64,000 nt of DNA, from NCBI GenBank assembly GCA_002269645.1, contig NIVC01001862.1:124001-188000 (forward strand), written 5' to 3'. Positions 58,880 to 64,000 of the stretch are shown here, in pieces; positions within the stretch are counted from its first letter, which is position 1, and the number at the start of each line of letters is the position of its first letter. The position numbers were made by a program, and so were the translations under genes. The notes below the pieces were generated by a model. That model made no database searches. It was given only the letters and a program-made list of their open reading frames with translations, and was not told the origin of the DNA. The stretch is from Macrostomum lignano. Lineage: Eukaryota.

Positions 58880-60271
58880 TTAAAGCTCGTTTAACGCCTG
58901 CATCAGAGCCATCTTCACAATGTTTGCAGCCGTTTTCTTCTGCGTCTTCGCTATCAATCGGGCCACCATTTTTAGCAGCACGTTCGACAGCAACTGGCTT
59001 AACTCGAGAGAGATTCTGTCCTTCACTTTCCTGCCAGCCACAGCTTTGCAGCTTGTCGGCATAGCTTGCAGCCTTGATTTCAACTGTTTTACACCCAAGC
59101 TTTCCTGCCTGTGTAGCTTGTTTGATGGCACTTCTTCATTATCCACCTCTGCTTCTTCATTATCTATCTCTGCTTCTTCATTATCCACCTCTGCTTCTTC
59201 ATTATCCACCTCTGCTTCTTCATTATCCACCGCTGCTTCTTCATTATCCACCTCTGCTTCTTCATTATCTATCTCTGCTTCTTCATTATCCACCTCTGCT
59301 TCTTCATTATCTATCTCTGCTTCTCCATTACCCACCTCTGCTTCTTCATTATCCACCTCTGCTTCTTCATTATCTATCTCTGCTTCTCCATTACCCACCT
59401 CTGCTTCTTCATTATCCACCGCTGCTTCTTCATTATCCACCTCTGCTTCTTCATTATCCACCTCTGCTTCTTCATTATCTATCTCTGCTTCTTCATTATC
59501 TATCTCTGCTTCTTCTTCGTCCACCTCTGCTTCTTCATTGTCTGCTACGTTTTCCTCGCCGCTATCTTTTTCGTCCGCTATTTCATCATCATTGTCAGTT
59601 ACAAAGCTTTCATTTTCTGTGTCATAATCTCCGTTTTCTGGGCCATCAGGATCCTCAATTTCCGTAACTTCTTCTTCATTCTCCGTTCCATCCTCGTAAT
59701 CTGTCCTTTCTTCGTCGTATTCTGTTCCATCCTCTTCATTCTCCGTCCCATCCTCTTCATTCTCTGTTTCTTCCTCTTCATCTTCTGTTTCTTCCTCTTC
59801 ATAATCTGTTTCGTTCTCTTCATAATCTGTTCCCTCATCTGCATTCTCGGTTTCTTCCTCCAGTTCTTCAGGACCCTGCTCAGTGCCAGTTTTAGCGTCG
59901 TCAGTGTTAAAATGCATCCTCACAGCACCATTGTTGTCCAAACTAAACTGATCGTCATCATTTTCTGTTGTTTTGTCACTATTGTTAGGAGAAAATGGTT
60001 CTTCCTCGTCAGCAGCATAATCTGATGCATCGCTCACGATATTGTTGTCAGAATGAGCCGCGTCTCTGATCAGAACTTCGCCAAGTTTGTCGACCTCCTC
60101 CGTGCGCACGCCTTCATTGTTGCTCTCGAAAGTCACGCTCTCGACCTGCTCATTGCTCATGGCTTCCGCTCTAGCGCACACACCCAGCTCATCATTGTTG
60201 CCGAATCTTGCACTTTGCGTCAGGCTGCACACTTCTCGATGATCAGGATCCTTCAATATCTGCTCAGCCAT
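58880..60271 (-). CDS. Hypothetical highly acidic protein with 7-aa (NEEAE[VI]D) repeats, single exon
   Basis: 463-aa ATG-initiated ORF with non-repetitive N- and C-termini. No recognisable domain. Confidence 0.6.
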   Translation of the reverse strand: MAEQILKDPDHREVCSLTQSARFGNNDELGVCARAEAMSNEQVESVTFESNNEGVRTEEVDKLGEVLIRDAAHSDNNIVSDASDYAADEEEPFSPNNSDKTTENDDDQFSLDNNGAVRMHFNTDDAKTGTEQGPEELEEETENADEGTDYEENETDYEEEETEDEEEETENEEDGTENEEDGTEYDEERTDYEDGTENEEEVTEIEDPDGPENGDYDTENESFVTDNDDEIADEKDSGEENVADNEEAEVDEEEAEIDNEEAEIDNEEAEVDNEEAEVDNEEAAVDNEEAEVGNGEAEIDNEEAEVDNEEAEVGNGEAEIDNEEAEVDNEEAEIDNEEAEVDNEEAAVDNEEAEVDNEEAEVDNEEAEIDNEEAEVDNEEVPSNKLHRQESLGVKQLKSRLQAMPTSCKAVAGRKVKDRISLELSQLLSNVLLKMVARLIAKTQKKTAANIVKMALMQALNEL

Positions 60272-61020
60272 GTCGTCGGGGCGTTTAACAACGAAAATTC
60301 GACGACAAAAATGTTTTTCGTTAAATACAGGTTTTTTTAAGCATGTTGCTCAGCTGGCCACTTCCTTATAACAATCAGTGATTATATCCACAGCTGTGTC
60401 CTGAAAAAATAAATCTATTATTCAGAATTTATGTGGAAAAACTGTGTTATGCCACAGACAACAAAAACTAAACGAACGTTATGATAAGTCAATGCGAGAA
60501 AAAAGTCCTAAACGTCTATTGGCTTCTACTTTTAGTAAGAAGTAATGTAAACACGTAGATTTTTTAGCAGTCTGAAGAAGCAGTTCGGCTATGTACAAAT
60601 CTTGTTAAAATAAATGTGGACTATTGGTATTCCGGCCTGTTGATAGGCAGCTGCAGATGGTCCTTAAACCGGTACCCGGCCAGCGCATATCTGGCTCACG
60701 TAGGTCCCAGGTCTAATTGATGATAAAAGGAGATTTGACCTCGGAATTTTCTAGTTCTAGAATGAGCCTTTCATCTCTGTCCTTCACTCTTCAGCCTAAT
60801 CTTCCGATCCTGCGTTGCTTGTTCTACAATTTCCATTGGGCTTTGTTTATCCGAAATCCAGTGGGTCGGACGGCTTACTAGCTACCAGCCAACCAAATCT
60901 CATCAATAGTTTTCCATTTTCCGTCTGCCTTACCTTTCTTCGGCATTATATAATAATACAAGGCCTTTCTGACGGGCTTCAAAAGCGATACTGATGCAAA
61001 CCTCTCAGTTTAGATATTCA

Positions 61021-64000
61021 ATGCTGCCAATCATTTCTCGACTGCTGCTTGTCAGCATTCTGACGATCTTGGTAAGTTCAATACTTTGTGAACTTAATCG
61101 ACGATGCTACTGTAAAAAGCGTGTCATGTTGTGTCATCCTGCAGCTAAGCATCGCACCAGCGCATTGCGATGCGACCACCAGCGAAGCGGTGAAATCGAT
61201 CAACACATTCGAATACAACTGGGCAGAGGTTGAGAAAAAGAATTCCAAAGGAGTGGAATTCTCGGTGAGTGTATGTCTCTTGATAGCGAAACTTCATTCA
61301 AAGAGCAAATCTTTTCAAAACCTGTGGAGAAACAGAAACTATATCTTCGAATAAAATTTCCAGCAATATCTTTTTAAATAGATAGTGCATCTCCACACAT
61401 ACACGAGTCCAGTTTCTACTCAAGTTACGCTTGTTGAAAATCTGAATATTCAACAAGGACTACTCGATGCTAGAGACAGGAAACTACAAAAATCCGATCC
61501 ATTCATAACTTTGTGTTTGAAAATAATTGATAGTTTTTAACCAGAGAATATCGAGTATACATACTTTATACTTTATTTAAATACTTGGTAAATGAACTTT
61601 TTGGCCATAGACATTGAGTTTTAGCAGTTTAAGCTATCATGCACAGTTTTTCACCATGCTTTCATTAAACTCGAAATGTCTATGGCCAAAAAGTATAGAG
61701 TCCCGGAAGGAACGAAAATCAGCTTCACTTTAGACCCTTCTATTGGTATTCTATGTATACTGGATATTCTCTGGTTTAAAATTCTAACCAGTGAGTTTGT
61801 GTCTGTGGTACAAACCTATCAAAGCAATGCTTTTCGTGGACTAAGTTATTAATAAATCGGCATTTAACTCTTGTACGAGCTAGCTTCCCGCAGTTACTAA
61901 ATCACTAAGTGATAAGTACAAAGAAAGTTGTAGTAGCTAAATTGGATGGTTCACTCAACCATATTCTTCAAAACTACTCTCTGTTCCAGTAGTATGAGAG
62001 GAAAAAGCAATATGTACTTATTCGACTACCTCATGCAACTACCTTGAAAGCGGCAAAGTTGCTTGCGTGTGACACGAGCAGCTAGTCATGCTTTTCTCCA
62101 AAAATTAATCTCTAAACAAAAAAATAAGGCAAATATACTCTTAGGCCATTGCAAGGAGAGCAGCAAGTCAAAATGACACATTAAGATAGTGCTGAGTGAA
62201 CCATCTGGTATATTTAGTATCTGTGCTTTCCCGTCCAAAGCAAAGATAAAGTAAGAAACACTACAGTGCTGCTCTTTTGCCAGACTAAATCAACTAAATC
62301 AATTGAGACTTGACAGAAGCGCAGTTAAATTAATCTCGATCGTATCGATTTTATATGATGTCATAAAATCAGCTCATCGAATTTTTTTTAATTATAGCTT
62401 CCCTCGACAAAGGATTCGAAATTCGATTGGACTCCAGGATCATTCGGACCTGTAAGTACAAGTGCCTATCGAATAATAATAATAATATAATTGATTACAC
62501 CTGCCCCAATGGGGCCAGATGTGCAACCGACAGCTCAGCCTCAGCTATTGCGCGGCGCATTTGAAGGCTGCGTACGGCTGTCCAGTCCAAGGACTGGGGG
62601 GTCGCCACTCCCATCCCCCATCCCCATTTACCCCAGCTAATGCTGGCACCCATTTTACAGCTGGGTGAACTGAAGCAATGCAGAATTAAGTGTCTTCTTT
62701 AAGGACACAGATTGTTTCAGTGGGATCGGGAATCGAACCCCTGACCTTCAAGTCGTGAGTCCGACGCTCTAACCGCTAGGCTATAACCCCTCCCTAGGAT
62801 ACAACCCCTCCCTAGGCTGCTACAACCCCTCCCTAGGCTACAACCCCTCCCTAGGCTACAACCCCTCCCTAGGCTACAACCCCTCCCTAGGCTACAACCC
62901 CTCCCTAGGCTACAACCCCTCCCTAGGCTACAACCCCTCCCTAGGCTACAACCCCTCCCTAGGCTACAACCCCTCCCTAGGCTACAACCCCTCCCTAGGC
63001 TACAACCCCTCCCTAGGCTACAACCCCTCCCTAGGCTACAACCCCTCCCTAGGCTACAACCCCTCCCTAGGCTACAACCCCTCCCTAGGCTACAACCCCT
63101 CCCTAGGCTACAACCCCTCCCTAGGCTACAACCCCTCCCTAGGCTACAACCCCTCCCTAGGCTACAACCTCTCCCTAGGCTACAACCCCTCCCTAGGCTA
63201 CAACCCCTCCCTAGGCTACAACCCCTCCCTAGGCTACAACCCCTCCCTAGGCTACAACCCCTCCCTAGGCTACAACCCCTCCCTAGGCTACAACCCCTCC
63301 CTAGGCTACAACCCCTCCCTAGGCTACAACCCCTCCCTAGGCTACAACCCCTCCCTAGGCTACAACCCCTCCCTAGGCTACAACCCCTCCCTAGGCTACA
63401 ACCCCTCCCTAGGCTACAACCCCTCCCTAGGCTACAACCCCTCCCTAGGCTACAACCCCTCCCTAGGCTACAACCCCTCCCTAGGCTACAACCCCTCCCT
63501 AGGCTACAACCCCTCCCTAGGCTACAACCCCTCCCTAGGCTACAACCCCTCCCTAGGCTACAACCCCTCCCTAGGCTACAACCCCTCCCTAGGCTACAAC
63601 CTCTCCCTAGGCTACAACCCCTCCCTAGGCTACAACCCCTCCCTAGGCTACAACCCCTCCCTAGGCTACAACCCCTCCCTAGGCTACAACCCCTCCCTAG
63701 GCTACAACCCCTCCCTAGGCTACAACCCCTCCCTAGGCTACAACCCCTCCCTAGGCTACAACCCCTCCCTAGGCTACAACCCCTCCCTAGGCTACAACCC
63801 CTCCCTAGGCTACAACCCCTCCCTAGGCTACAACCCCTCCCTAGGCTACAACCCCTCCCTAGGCTACAACCCCTCCCTAGGCTACAACCCCTCCCTAGGC
63901 TACAACCCCTCCCTAGGCTACAACCCCTCCCTAGGCTACAGCCCGGCCTATCGAACTAGACTTTGTTACTATAGCAGGTTCAACTTATCGCACCCTGCAA
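61021..64000 (+). CDS. Secreted protein of unknown function, partial (runs off the window). Exons 61021-61071, 61145-61264, 62398-62451, 63978-end
   Basis: Strong donors GTAAGT, GTGAGT and GTAAGT, all phase 0. The spliced N-terminus MLPIISRLLLVSILTILLSIAPAHC-DA looks like a signal peptide. An upstream in-frame ATG exists at 60994. Confidence 0.62.
61539..61776. mobile_element. Foldback/MITE-like element with two nested pairs of inverted repeats
   Basis: Outer arms AACCAGAGAATATCGAGTATACAT and ATGTATACTGGATATTCTCTGGTT. Inner arms ACTTTTTGGCCATAGACATTGAGTTT and AAACTCGAAATGTCTATGGCCAAAAAGT. Confidence 0.7.
62474..63945 (-). mobile_element. tRNA-derived CORE-like SINE (copy C) whose 5' end is expanded into a tandem array
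   Basis: SINE body at about 62474-62795. A 10-bp TSD GCCTATCGAA at 62464-62473 and 63946-63955 encloses both the body and the array. Confidence 0.88.
62776..63940. repeat. 18-bp minisatellite (CTAGGCTACAACCCCTCC) x ~64
   Basis: Read directly; period 18. Confidence 0.98.

Noticed and set aside
62715-62795. tRNA gene (also at about 25170-25245 and 56320-56400)
   Set aside because: A and B boxes are present but the stems pair poorly, and each continues into the same SINE body.

Overview
This is eukaryotic (metazoan invertebrate) genomic DNA with GT-AG introns, GC-rich exons and many minisatellites. The style resembles a free-living flatworm such as Macrostomum, but that is inference only. I reconstructed about 13 gene models by hand from splice sites and reading phase: a Fos-like and an ATF3/JDP2-like bZIP gene in tandem, an orphan EF-hand-like protein, a frameshifted C-type lectin/PAN gene, an ankyrin-TRP-like channel, an intronless DEG/ENaC channel, a polypeptide GalNAc-transferase apparently lacking its lectin domain, an Eco1/ESCO acetyltransferase, CCDC102, FREM1, a bacterial-type DenD-like SDR with introns, an acidic repeat protein, and the start of a secreted protein. 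Mobile DNA comprises three copies of a tRNA-derived CORE-like SINE, hAT-type MITEs with 8-bp target site duplications (TSDs), and a foldback element. The most striking pattern is more than 20 mostly unrelated tandem arrays, several traceable to the local sequence that seeded them: the last codons plus stop of ESCO, the first 18 nt of a SINE inside its TSDs, and the interior of a MITE-like element. Most long ORFs in the supplied track are artefacts of these arrays. No CRISPR array, rRNA or intact tRNA gene was found.
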